In this document: piece after piece, positions 20,558 through 28,793 of the stretch
How positions within the stretch are numbered: the first letter of the stretch is position 1
Layout of the letters: every line of letters starts with the position of its first letter
Assembly (NCBI GenBank): GCA_910579175.1
Contig: CAJTTB010000004.1
Location: 89,468 to 153,467 of the forward strand
Reading direction: 5' to 3'
Length of the DNA: 64,000 bases
From: an uncultured Oscillospiraceae bacterium
GTDB taxonomy: Bacteria; Bacillota; Clostridia; Oscillospirales; Ruminococcaceae
The notes under the pieces: generated by a model
Databases searched by the model: none
The model's input: only the letters and a program-made list of their open reading frames with translations
What the model was told of the DNA's origin: nothing
Made by a program: the position numbers and the translations under genes

Positions 20558-20843
20558 GACAGTTACCTCCTTTTTAAAATTAGGAGGAATATTGAAAAAA
20601 TATCTTACAAAATGCCGTGGTATTGTTTGTAATATCTATATTTATATGTTCTGCCTTTGGCAGCATTTATCATCTGATAATTAACAATGAATAACATTTT
20701 ATAGTTCTTTTTCCAAACCTCCTTTTGATTTTGTTTCGTCATAATGCCTTTATTATAAAAGACGTTAAGCCACTTTCCTGTTTTGCGTTGTTTGTTATAA
20801 ACAAATAAAAGCAACTTTAAATTATCTATACATTATCATATTT

Positions 20844-20872
20844 ATTTTATAATTTTATTGCGATAATGTCAA
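20844..20872 (-). promoter_or_regulatory. sigmaA promoter for rny (about 280-nt leader)
   Basis: TTGACA-17-TAAAAT on minus strand. Confidence 0.65.
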
Positions 20873-20997
20873 GAAGAAAGTATGGCAATTATCAGAGAAA
20901 TCAAAAATACTTTTGTGATAGATTATACATATCTTTTGCTTTGCAAAACAAAATCAACATTATCATTGTATACATATCACAAAATTGAAAAAATGAT

Positions 20998-21027
20998 TTG
21001 ACAAGCCTATACGAATTGTGGTATAGT
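20998..21027 (+). promoter_or_regulatory. sigmaA promoter for rpmG-secE-nusG
   Basis: TTGACA-18-TATAGT with TG extension. Confidence 0.65.
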
Positions 21028-21149
21028 AATAATACCTCAAGGAAGGTTTTTTTTTATGTTCTGATTTAGAAACGAATAAAAGATTTGCCTTTATTTTAGA
21101 TGAACTTTGAGGGAGGCAAAAAAAATCCGAGTTAGCAGGAGGTGCCGAT

Positions 21150-21299
21150 ATGAGGGTTAAAGTTACATTAGCTTGCACAGAGTGCAAACAACGTAATTAC
21201 AACACAATGAAAAACAAGAAAAACGATCCTGACAGGCTCGAAATGAACAAATATTGTCGATTCTGTAGGAAACACACACTTCATAAGGAAACTAAGTAA
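21150..21299 (+). CDS. rpmG: 50S ribosomal protein L33 (zinc-binding form)
   Basis: [17 protein letters not shown]...[24 protein letters not shown]; absent from ORF track. Confidence 0.98.
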   Translation: MRVKVTLACTECKQRNYNTMKNKKNDPDRLEMNKYCRFCRKHTLHKETK

Positions 21300-21314
21300 G
21301 AGAGGGTGACTTTG

Positions 21315-21569
21315 ATGGCGAAAGATACAGCAAAAGCTGTTAAAAAACCAGCCAAAAATAAGGACAAAGACAAAAAAAAGTCCAACGGCAAAAAGTTCAC
21401 CCAATTTTTTAAAGACCTTAGAAGCGAAATCAAAAAAGTTGTATGGCCAAGCAAAAAACAAATTAAAAACAATACGCTTGTTGTTTTGGGATTTATGGCT
21501 GTTACAGCGGTTTTCATCTGGATTTTAGACTTTGTATTTACTACATTGATGAATCTGGTGTTGGGATAA
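21315..21569 (+). CDS. secE: Preprotein translocase SecE
   Basis: SEIKKVVWPS plus C-terminal TM; synteny. Confidence 0.95.
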   Translation: MAKDTAKAVKKPAKNKDKDKKKSNGKKFTQFFKDLRSEIKKVVWPSKKQIKNNTLVVLGFMAVTAVFIWILDFVFTTLMNLVLG

Positions 21570-21629
21570 CTTTTTTCTAGATGAAAACAAACCAACTTAG
21601 CAATGTCGTATTCTGGAGGGACTGATACT

Positions 21630-22169
21630 ATGTCAGAAACCGCAAAATGGTATGTGATACACACCTATTCTGGTTATGAGAATAAGGTGGCACAAAACAT
21701 TGAAAAGGTTGTCGAAAACCGAGGTCTTCAAGAGTTGATTCATCATGTAACTGTACCAACCGAAAAGGTAGTAGAGGTAAAAGATAATAAAACTCGAGAA
21801 GTCGAGCGAAAAATTTTCCCAGGATATGTGCTGGTTAAAATGATATTAACTGATGATTCTTGGTATGTTGTCAGGAATATTAGAGGTGTAACCGGTTTTG
21901 TCGGTTCATCTACAAAACCTGTTCCATTATCCGATGCCGAAGTAAAGGCACTGGGTGTTGAAGATGCACAAATCAATGAAGCTGTTCAGGTAGAAGTCAC
22001 CTATGGTGTAGGTGATAATATTCATGTTATTTCTGGTCCTTTGGCAGGGTTTTCGGGCATTGTGGAAGGAATCGATATCGAGAATAACTGTGTGAAGGTA
22101 ACAGTTTCTATGTTTGGCAGAGAAACGTTGGCAGAACTTGAGTTAAATCAAGTAAAAACAGCCAACTAA
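21630..22169 (+). CDS. nusG: Transcription factor NusG
   Basis: WYVIHTYSGYENKV, FPGYVLV, KOW, MFGRET. Confidence 0.98.
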   Translation: MSETAKWYVIHTYSGYENKVAQNIEKVVENRGLQELIHHVTVPTEKVVEVKDNKTREVERKIFPGYVLVKMILTDDSWYVVRNIRGVTGFVGSSTKPVPLSDAEVKALGVEDAQINEAVQVEVTYGVGDNIHVISGPLAGFSGIVEGIDIENNCVKVTVSMFGRETLAELELNQVKTAN

Positions 22170-22260
22170 AAGTTACTTCTTTTTAATTAAGAAGTCCCCA
22201 GTTTTGTAAACTGTGGGAGGATATCACGTGTTCTTTCTGTTGCTAGAGGGAAAGAATGCC

Positions 22261-22306
22261 TGTGGGAGGAAATTCATAAAAAAAGGGATTTCCGCCATAG
22301 ACCACA
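22261..22306 (+). promoter_or_regulatory. L1-binding autoregulatory RNA site upstream of rplK
   Basis: TGTGGGAG...GACCACA pattern. Confidence 0.65.
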
Positions 22307-22326
22307 AATTTTTGGAGGTGCAAATT

Positions 22327-22752
22327 ATGGCTCAAAAAGTATCTGGCTACATCAAACTTCAAATTCCTGCTGGTAAAGCCACTCCAGCACCACCAGTTGG
22401 ACCTGCCTTGGGTCAACATGGTGTCAATATTATGTCTTTTACAAAAGAATTCAACGAGCGCACAAAAAATGATATTGGTTTAATTATTCCAGTAGTAATT
22501 ACAGTGTACGCTGACCGCTCCTTCACTTTTGTTACAAAAACTCCGCCAGCAGCAGTACTGATTAAAAAGGCTTGCGGTATTGAAAGTGGCTCAGGTGTGC
22601 CAAATAAAACAAAAGTTGCAAAAATTACCAGGGAGCAGGTACAAAAAATCGCTGAAACAAAAATGCCTGATTTAAATGCTGCAAATATTGAAGCAGCAAT
22701 GAGCATGATCGCTGGTACAGCTCGCTCAATGGGTATTGAAGTAGTCGATTAA
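22327..22752 (+). CDS. rplK: 50S ribosomal protein L11
   Basis: [23 protein letters not shown]. Confidence 0.98.
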   Translation: MAQKVSGYIKLQIPAGKATPAPPVGPALGQHGVNIMSFTKEFNERTKNDIGLIIPVVITVYADRSFTFVTKTPPAAVLIKKACGIESGSGVPNKTKVAKITREQVQKIAETKMPDLNAANIEAAMSMIAGTARSMGIEVVD

Positions 22753-22771
22753 TTTACCCCTGGTGGGAGGA

Positions 22772-22800
22772 AAAATCCGCATATACCACTTTTAGGGAGG
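22772..22800 (+). promoter_or_regulatory. L1-binding site upstream of rplA
   Basis: GGTGGGAG...TACCACT. Confidence 0.6.
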
Positions 22801-22807
22801 AACTATT

Positions 22808-23503
22808 ATGAAACACGGTAAAAAATATAATGACAGTGTAAAATTACTGGAACGTGCTAAATTATATGATGTAAATGAAGCTTTGGGATTAGCAATTGAT
22901 TCTGCAAAAGCAAAATTTGATGAAACAGTAGAAGTTCATGTTCGTTTGGGTGTAGACTCTCGTCATGCTGACCAACAGGTACGTGGCGCGGTTGTATTGC
23001 CAAATGGAACTGGTAAAGATGTAAGAATATTGGTTATCTGTAAAGACAATAACATTGCGCCAGCATTGGAAGCAGGCGCTGATTATGCGGGTTCTGATGA
23101 ATACGTTCAAAAGATTCAAAGCGAAGGCTGGATGGAATTTGACGTAGTTATCGCGACTCCTGATATGATGGGTGTTGTTGGCCGTTTGGGTAAAGTGTTG
23201 GGTCCTCGTGGTTTGATGCCTTCTCCAAAAGCAGGTACCGTAACCCCTGATGTTGCAAAAGCAGTTAGTGAAGCAAAAGCAGGTAAAATTGAATATCGTT
23301 TGGATAAAACAAATATCATTCACTGCCCAGTTGGAAAGGTTTCTTTTGGTGTAGAAAAACTTGCTGAAAACTTAGAAGTATTGATGAATGCAATTGTAAA
23401 AGCAAAACCAGCTGCTGCAAAAGGACAATATCTAAAATCTTGTGTAGTTGCTTCTACTATGGGTCCTGGTATTAAAGTAAATACCAACAAATACGGCGTA
23501 TAA
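22808..23503 (+). CDS. rplA: 50S ribosomal protein L1
   Basis: [24 protein letters not shown]. Confidence 0.98.
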   Translation: MKHGKKYNDSVKLLERAKLYDVNEALGLAIDSAKAKFDETVEVHVRLGVDSRHADQQVRGAVVLPNGTGKDVRILVICKDNNIAPALEAGADYAGSDEYVQKIQSEGWMEFDVVIATPDMMGVVGRLGKVLGPRGLMPSPKAGTVTPDVAKAVSEAKAGKIEYRLDKTNIIHCPVGKVSFGVEKLAENLEVLMNAIVKAKPAAAKGQYLKSCVVASTMGPGIKVNTNKYGV

Positions 23504-23506
23504 TAG

Positions 23507-23535
23507 TTGACAAGCACGAAAAAATAAGATATAAT
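23507..23535 (+). promoter_or_regulatory. Consensus sigmaA promoter for rplJL
   Basis: TTGACA-17-TATAAT. Confidence 0.9.
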
Positions 23536-23544
23536 AAAAAAGCT

Positions 23545-23685
23545 GTATTTTCTAAAGACAGCAGGTATCACGGTTGTGATTCAAATGGGAAACTAGCCTG
23601 CCGAGGAAATGAATATCATATTTGTAAGATATGCTCTTATAATAGATTGATGTCCCTTCCTGAAATACAGGAAGGGTTTTTCTTT
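23545..23685 (+). ncRNA. L10 leader with attenuator
   Basis: TAAAGACAGCAGG...CCTGCCGAGG followed by CCCTTCCTG-aaata-CAGGAAGGG-T tract upstream of rplJ. Confidence 0.85.
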
Positions 23686-23729
23686 GATCGATGAAAAACA
23701 GTATAAGTTTCATGTGGAGGTGAATAGAT

Positions 23730-24233
23730 TTGCCAAGTGAAAAGATATTAAACCAAAAAAAAGAATATGTTGCAAAATTGACTGAAAAATTAAAAGGTTC
23801 TGTTGCTGGTGTAATCGTTGATTATAAAGGTATTACAGTTGCTGATGATACTGTATTGCGTAAAAAATTAAGAGAAGCTGGCGTAGAGTACACAGTTGTA
23901 AAAAATACAATGTTGAGATTCGCTATCAAAGAAGCAGGATTAGAAGAATTAAGCGATGTATTAGAAGGAACAACTGCATTGGCAGTTAGCGCAGAAGATC
24001 CAATTGCTGCTGCAAAGGTTTTAGGAGAATTTGCAGATAAAAACAAAGACTTTAAAATCAAAGCAGGTTTTATGGATGGCAAAGTAATGGATGCTGATAA
24101 AGTCATTGCTTTGGGAAAACTTCCTTCCAAACAACAATTGGTTGGTCAATTGGTCAGCGTATTGGTTGCACCAATCCGCGGTATGGCAATTGCGCTTAAT
24201 GCGATCGCTGAAAAACAAGAAGAAAATGCTTAA
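23730..24233 (+). CDS. rplJ: 50S ribosomal protein L10
   Basis: DYKGITV, VVKNT, LPSK; TTG start after GGAGGTG. Confidence 0.97.
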   Translation: MPSEKILNQKKEYVAKLTEKLKGSVAGVIVDYKGITVADDTVLRKKLREAGVEYTVVKNTMLRFAIKEAGLEELSDVLEGTTALAVSAEDPIAAAKVLGEFADKNKDFKIKAGFMDGKVMDADKVIALGKLPSKQQLVGQLVSVLVAPIRGMAIALNAIAEKQEENA

Positions 24234-24309
24234 TTTTTTCTAACTTAGAAAAAATAAAACATAACAAGAAAGGCGCAGAATCTGCGCGAAAATTTAGGAG
24301 GATATTATA

Positions 24310-24678
24310 ATGGCTGATATTGCAAAATTTATTGAAGATATTAAAGCTTTAACCGTTTTAGAATTAAACGATTTAGTAAAAGCAATCGAAGAAGAATTTG
24401 GTGTTTCTGCTGCTGCTCCAGTTATGATGGCTGGTCCTGTTGCTAGCGATGCTGCTGCTGAAGCAAAAACTGAATTTGATGTTGTTCTTGCTGATGTTGG
24501 TAGCAACAAAATTGCTGTTATCAAAGCAGTTAGAGAAATCACTGGCTTGGGTCTAAAAGAAGCAAAAGAGCTTGTTGAAAGTGCTCCAAAAGCATTAAAA
24601 GAAGCTGTTTCTCAAGATGAAGCAAATGAATTAAAAGAAAAATTAGAAGCTGCTGGCGCTAAAGTTGAAGTAAAATAA
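24310..24678 (+). CDS. rplL: 50S ribosomal protein L7/L12
   Basis: [24 protein letters not shown]. Confidence 0.98.
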   Translation: MADIAKFIEDIKALTVLELNDLVKAIEEEFGVSAAAPVMMAGPVASDAAAEAKTEFDVVLADVGSNKIAVIKAVREITGLGLKEAKELVESAPKALKEAVSQDEANELKEKLEAAGAKVEVK

Positions 24679-24706
24679 TTTTAACTTTTGCTATAAAAGA
24701 GCACAG

Positions 24707-24738
24707 ACCCCTTGAGTCATATTGATTCAAGGGGTTTA
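24707..24738 (+). terminator. Terminator after rplL
   Basis: ACCCCTTGAGTCA-tat-TGATTCAAGGGGT followed by TT. Confidence 0.75.
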
Positions 24739-24756
24739 TTGTATAGGTGATAATCG

Positions 24757-25533
24757 ATGACAAAGTATGATGTTTTAGATTTATTAAAACAAAACAGCAA
24801 TCAGTATCTTTCTGGAGAACAAATTAGTAAGACGTTAAATCTTTCTCGTACAGCGATTTGGAAAGCCATTCAGACCTTGCGGAAAGAGGGATATCAGATA
24901 GACGCTGTAACCAATAAGGGATATCAATTGATAGAACAGAAGGAGATTTTTTCTGCATATGAACTGAAAAGACGCTTAAAGACAAGTTGGCTTGGAAATA
25001 CGATGGTATTTTTAAAGGAAGTTTCATCTACCAATGACTATGCCAAAACCATTGTAAATTCTGTAAAGACAGGACATCTTATCTTGGCAAATATGCAGAC
25101 AAATGGAAAGGGAAAACAAAAGCAGACATTCCACTCCCCAGAAGGATTGGGTGTTTATATGAGCTTGATTTTAAAGGAAAACATTGTATTGCAGCAAATT
25201 TCAAAGTTGCGTCTTTTGGTGCTTGATAGCATTGTCCATGCAGTTGAGAATCAAACGGGCGATTTGTGTGAGTTAAAACATCCCAATGAAATTTTTTATC
25301 AGGGTAAAAAAATATCGGGAATTTTAATTGAAGTATCTTTGGAAAGTGAAACCGATGAAATTGAATATGCAATTGTGGGAATGGGAGTCTATACTTCCGC
25401 ATCCATATTTGGTGTGTCAATCAATCGACTGGATTTAACTGCTGATATTATAAATCAATTAGAAGCTGCGTTATTGGGTTCTGGTTGCATAAATCACAGT
25501 GTATTGGAGCATAATAATTCCAACAGAACATAA
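24757..25533 (+). CDS. BirA-like protein (HTH plus degenerate biotin-ligase domain, no C-terminal domain)
   Basis: SGEQIS..LNLSRTAIWKAI HTH, SSTND, KKISGILIE; GRGR and KWxND motifs altered. Confidence 0.85.
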   Translation: MTKYDVLDLLKQNSNQYLSGEQISKTLNLSRTAIWKAIQTLRKEGYQIDAVTNKGYQLIEQKEIFSAYELKRRLKTSWLGNTMVFLKEVSSTNDYAKTIVNSVKTGHLILANMQTNGKGKQKQTFHSPEGLGVYMSLILKENIVLQQISKLRLLVLDSIVHAVENQTGDLCELKHPNEIFYQGKKISGILIEVSLESETDEIEYAIVGMGVYTSASIFGVSINRLDLTADIINQLEAALLGSGCINHSVLEHNNSNRT

Positions 25534-25554
25534 TTGTATTTAGAGGATGTTATT

Positions 25555-26241
25555 ATGGAGTGCTTTATTGATATACAAGATGTATCTAAAGTTTATCAGA
25601 TAGGGGATACAAAAGTATATGCTTTAGACGAGATTTCACTACAGATTGATTCTGGGGAGTTTACCGCCATCATTGGGTCTTCGGGTTCTGGAAAATCCAC
25701 CTTAATGAATATATTGGGATGTTTAGATTTTCCGACAAAAGGACATTATTATTTAAATGGAATGGATTTAAGTCAATTAAATGACAATCAATTGTCTGAG
25801 ATTCGCAATAAGACAATTGGCTTTATCTTTCAAAGTTTTAATCTGATTCCAAGCTTGAATGCGTTAGAAAATGTAGAACTGCAATTGACTTATGGAGAGA
25901 TAGAACGCAAAAAGCGACATCAAATCGCAAAAGATGCTTTGATTCAAGTGGGACTGGAACAGAGAATGTATCACCGTCCAAATGAAATGTCTGGAGGACA
26001 GCAACAGCGTGTTGCGATTGCCAGAGCGATTGCAGCAAGTCCACCAGTCATTTTAGCAGATGAACCGACTGGAAATTTAGACAGCAAATCTGCTACAGAA
26101 ATTATGGATATTTTAAAGAATTTGAGCAAAAAGGGAAAAACTTTAATTTTAATTACACATGACGAATCCATTGCACAACAGGCAGATCGCATCATTAAAA
26201 TTAAGGATGGAAAAATTTTAATGGATGAAAAAAACAGCTAA
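25555..26241 (+). CDS. ABC ATPase, LolD/MacB family
   Basis: GSSGSGKSTL, IGFIFQSFNL, MSGGQQQRVAIARA, ADEPTGNLD. Confidence 0.95.
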   Translation: MECFIDIQDVSKVYQIGDTKVYALDEISLQIDSGEFTAIIGSSGSGKSTLMNILGCLDFPTKGHYYLNGMDLSQLNDNQLSEIRNKTIGFIFQSFNLIPSLNALENVELQLTYGEIERKKRHQIAKDALIQVGLEQRMYHRPNEMSGGQQQRVAIARAIAASPPVILADEPTGNLDSKSATEIMDILKNLSKKGKTLILITHDESIAQQADRIIKIKDGKILMDEKNS

Positions 26242-26264
26242 CCTGTAAAAATCGGTTAGCTGTT
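26233..26264. terminator. Bidirectional terminator ABC/xpt
   Basis: AACAGCTAACC...GGTTAGCTGTT. Confidence 0.7.
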
Positions 26265-26272
26265 GATATTTT

Positions 26273-26845
26273 TTAACCAAAAACAATTTGATTGTTTTCA
26301 ATAGAATCAATAATTGCCAAAGATTCCAAACGAATACCCTTTTGACGTATGATTTGTCCACCATTTTGAAATCCCTTTTCGATAACAATACCACAGCCAA
26401 CTAAATTGGCTTGAGATTGTTGTACAATATCAATCAATCCCAATAAGGCTTGTCCTTTTGCCAAAAAGTCATCAATGATAAGTACATGATCATCAGCAGT
26501 TAAAAATTTCTTGGCAACCTGAATATCATATACAATTCCCTTTGTAAAAGATTGTGCCTTAGAAGTAAACAGTTCACCATCTAAATTTTTAGATTTTACT
26601 TTTTTGGCGAATACAACTGGAATGTCATCGAAATGTTGCGCTGCAATGGCGGCAATTCCAATCCCAGAGGTTTCAATTGTTAAGATTTTTGTAATTGAGT
26701 GATCGGAAAATAGCCGTTTGAATTCTTTCCCAATTTCATTTAAAAGTTTGATATCCATTTGATGGTTTAAAAAACTATCCACTTTTAAAATATTTCCCTC
26801 TTTTAAATGACCATCTTTTAAAATACGTTGTTGCAATAATTTCAT
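26273..26845 (-). CDS. xpt: Xanthine phosphoribosyltransferase
   Basis: LKVDSFLNHQ, VLIIDDFLA, IEKGFQ. Confidence 0.97.
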   Translation of the reverse strand: MKLLQQRILKDGHLKEGNILKVDSFLNHQMDIKLLNEIGKEFKRLFSDHSITKILTIETSGIGIAAIAAQHFDDIPVVFAKKVKSKNLDGELFTSKAQSFTKGIVYDIQVAKKFLTADDHVLIIDDFLAKGQALLGLIDIVQQSQANLVGCGIVIEKGFQNGGQIIRQKGIRLESLAIIDSIENNQIVFG

Positions 26846-26985
26846 ATAAATCTCCTAATCTGCCAATAGGGCATAAACTGAAAATTGCAAAATAAAGCAA
26901 TATGAAGCTGCAGTTAAAATGCAAAAATAAAATAATAGACTACCCCGTCAGCAGTCAGAATTTTCGTTTCAATCATAAGTGATAC

Positions 26986-27006
26986 CCCTTTTCCCTTTCG
27001 TGTTGA
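26986..27006. repeat. Inverted repeat, left arm (21 bp)
   Basis: CCCTTTTCCCTTTCGTGTTGA, 20/21 complementary to 27289-27309. Confidence 0.9.
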
Positions 27007-27089
27007 CGGAGGTTTAATTTTTTAATTTTCCGTCAAAATAAATATGCGGACAGCCATCGTTGTTCAATGACTGCCCAATAAATCGGGAT

Positions 27090-27185
27090 TTATTTCTTCT
27101 CTTTACTCATAAAAGAACAACTGATAGCTACAAATAAACCAATTAAAATCCACGGAAATGCTGCTCCTAAAAAATCACTAACCAT
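27090..27185 (-). CDS. 31-aa single-TM peptide
   Basis: AAGGAGGAA SD, ATG, MVSDFLGAAFPWILIGLFVAISCSFMSKEKK*; own promoter and downstream hairpins; not in ORF track. Confidence 0.8.
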   Translation of the reverse strand: MVSDFLGAAFPWILIGLFVAISCSFMSKEKK

Positions 27186-27223
27186 ACTTCATTCCTCCTT
27201 CAAAAGCCAGATTCGCCATTTTA

Positions 27224-27252
27224 ATTATACCATGTCCGTAAGCGTTACACAA
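27224..27252 (-). promoter_or_regulatory. sigmaA promoter for the 31-aa peptide
   Basis: TTGTGT-17-TATAAT with TGn extension. Confidence 0.7.
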
Positions 27253-27288
27253 GATGCGGCTTGGTGAAAATGCCGGAAGTATCGGTCA

Positions 27289-27309
27289 TCAACACGAAAG
27301 GTAAAAGGG
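27289..27309. repeat. Inverted repeat, right arm (21 bp)
   Basis: TCAACACGAAAGGTAAAAGGG. Confidence 0.9.
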
Positions 27310-27454
27310 ACTAAGTGATTGACAACTATAAGGCAATGCAACCAAGTCTGATATCATGACTCTGATTTATTTGGCATGTTTTAGACCCAATTGCTCTTTC
27401 AGTTTTAAGCAGGTTTGTCTTTTGGAACGCAAAATACCTATTATCTTGAAAGTA

Positions 27455-27483
27455 ATTATATCATTATTTACCTAAAAAATCAA
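27455..27483 (-). promoter_or_regulatory. sigmaA promoter facing xpt
   Basis: TTGATT-17-TATAAT with TGn extension. Confidence 0.6.
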
Positions 27484-27654
27484 CAATTTTAGACGTTAAT
27501 TACGTTTTTAATTGAGGATAACAAATAGGCAAATATAAATATGTCTGTTTTATTTTATCTATTTTTCTCAATTTGTCAATTTCTTGTTGAAATATTTATC
27601 AAAATAAGGTATGATAATAAAAGTAATAAAGATTTTATAAAGGAGGTATTTTGT

Positions 27655-27978
27655 ATGTTGAGTGCATCAGGTAGACAAGAACAGAAAATTTTTGAGTATC
27701 CAACAAAAAATGCAAGTTATCCGATTGTTTTAACCATGCCAAAAAATCTAGGAGATACCAGGGAAATCACAGATGCTTTAAAGCAAAATAAGTCTGTTCT
27801 TTTGAATCTAGAGGAAACAAATGATGAAAGCTCTCGTCGATTACTTGATTACTTCCGTGGATTTATATGTGCGATTAACGGAAATTTAGAGCAAATGTCT
27901 CAAAAATTATATATTTTGACTCCTTATGGAGTACAAATAGAAGGGTCTATGAGTAGGGATTATACGTTTAACTATTGA
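27655..27978 (+). CDS. SepF-family protein (short)
   Basis: ITDALKQNKSVLLNLE...RRLLDY..G...ING...ILTPYGVQI; AGGAGG SD before ATG 27655. Confidence 0.8.
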   Translation: MLSASGRQEQKIFEYPTKNASYPIVLTMPKNLGDTREITDALKQNKSVLLNLEETNDESSRRLLDYFRGFICAINGNLEQMSQKLYILTPYGVQIEGSMSRDYTFNY

Positions 27979-28148
27979 GGATAAAAGGCAACTAAGAATT
28001 TTTTTATTTTAAGGGATAAAGGAGTATGATGGATTGTACTGGTTGTTAATCAACATCACAGTATATTGAGCGGACATAACATGTGACTGATAGATGGGAA
28101 AGCCAAATTCATTGGTTGAATTTGGTTTTTTTTCGTTTTTTAATTAGA

Positions 28149-28254
28149 TAGACGGCTAATTAATATTTTGTGAATAATTATAGAAAAAATGTTAATTTTT
28201 GAGAATTAAGTTGATTTTTAAATGGTATATCGCTATACTTTCAATAGCCGCCTA
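28149..28254 (+). promoter_or_regulatory. marR promoter with two candidate operator boxes
   Basis: TTGATT-17-TATACT (28211-28239); boxes TAGACGGCTA (28149) and TAGCCGCCTA (28245). Confidence 0.55.
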
Positions 28255-28271
28255 ACCATTTTTGGAATGGA

Positions 28272-28793
28272 GTGAATGAATTGTATACATTAGATACGAC
28301 AGAATTTGATGAAAAATGGAAAAATAGTATTCAGGGGGTGATGACACAAGTTTTTCGTTTGCTTTATTTGAGAAATTATGAGTTGTTAGAACAGTATGGA
28401 ATGCATCCGGGACAGCCACAACTGTTGATGGTATTATTGCGTTTTGGAACATTGAGTCAAAAACAATTGGCACAAAAATTGTTTGTAAAACCAGCAACTG
28501 TTGCGGTGATGTTAAAGCGTATGGAAAAAACTGGTTGGGTGAGCAAAGAACAAGATAAACAAGATAAGCGCATAACACGTGTATGTTTGACAGATCAAGG
28601 GCGAGAGATTGCTTATGTTTTTTTAAAAGTGCATGAAAATATAGAAACGGAGTGTCTAAAAAATTTTACCATAGAAGAGCGAATTTTATTAAGGAGGTTA
28701 CTACTTCAGATAAAAGATAATGTGATGAAATGCCTTGATGATAAGGATATAGAAAAGTTTGATGAAATTAGGGAGGAACAATCAAAATGCTGA
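28272..28793 (+). CDS. MarR family regulator
   Basis: SQKQLAQKLFVKPATVAVMLKRMEKTGW..DKQDKR...LTDQG. Confidence 0.92.
   Translation: MNELYTLDTTEFDEKWKNSIQGVMTQVFRLLYLRNYELLEQYGMHPGQPQLLMVLLRFGTLSQKQLAQKLFVKPATVAVMLKRMEKTGWVSKEQDKQDKRITRVCLTDQGREIAYVFLKVHENIETECLKNFTIEERILLRRLLLQIKDNVMKCLDDKDIEKFDEIREEQSKC

Noticed and set aside
20457..20814. Short ORFs on both strands in the rny leader
   Set aside because: The AGGAGG motifs are badly spaced from start codons and are better explained as SD/anti-SD elements.
27330..27425. c-di-GMP-I riboswitch-like words on minus strand (GACAAACC..., GGGTCTAA)
   Set aside because: Lacks the GGCAAA/GAAA/GACGCAAA core and convincing stems; would need an Infernal hit.
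28021..28049. Micro-ORF MMDCTGC after an AAGGAG
   Set aside because: Only 7 codons with no other support.
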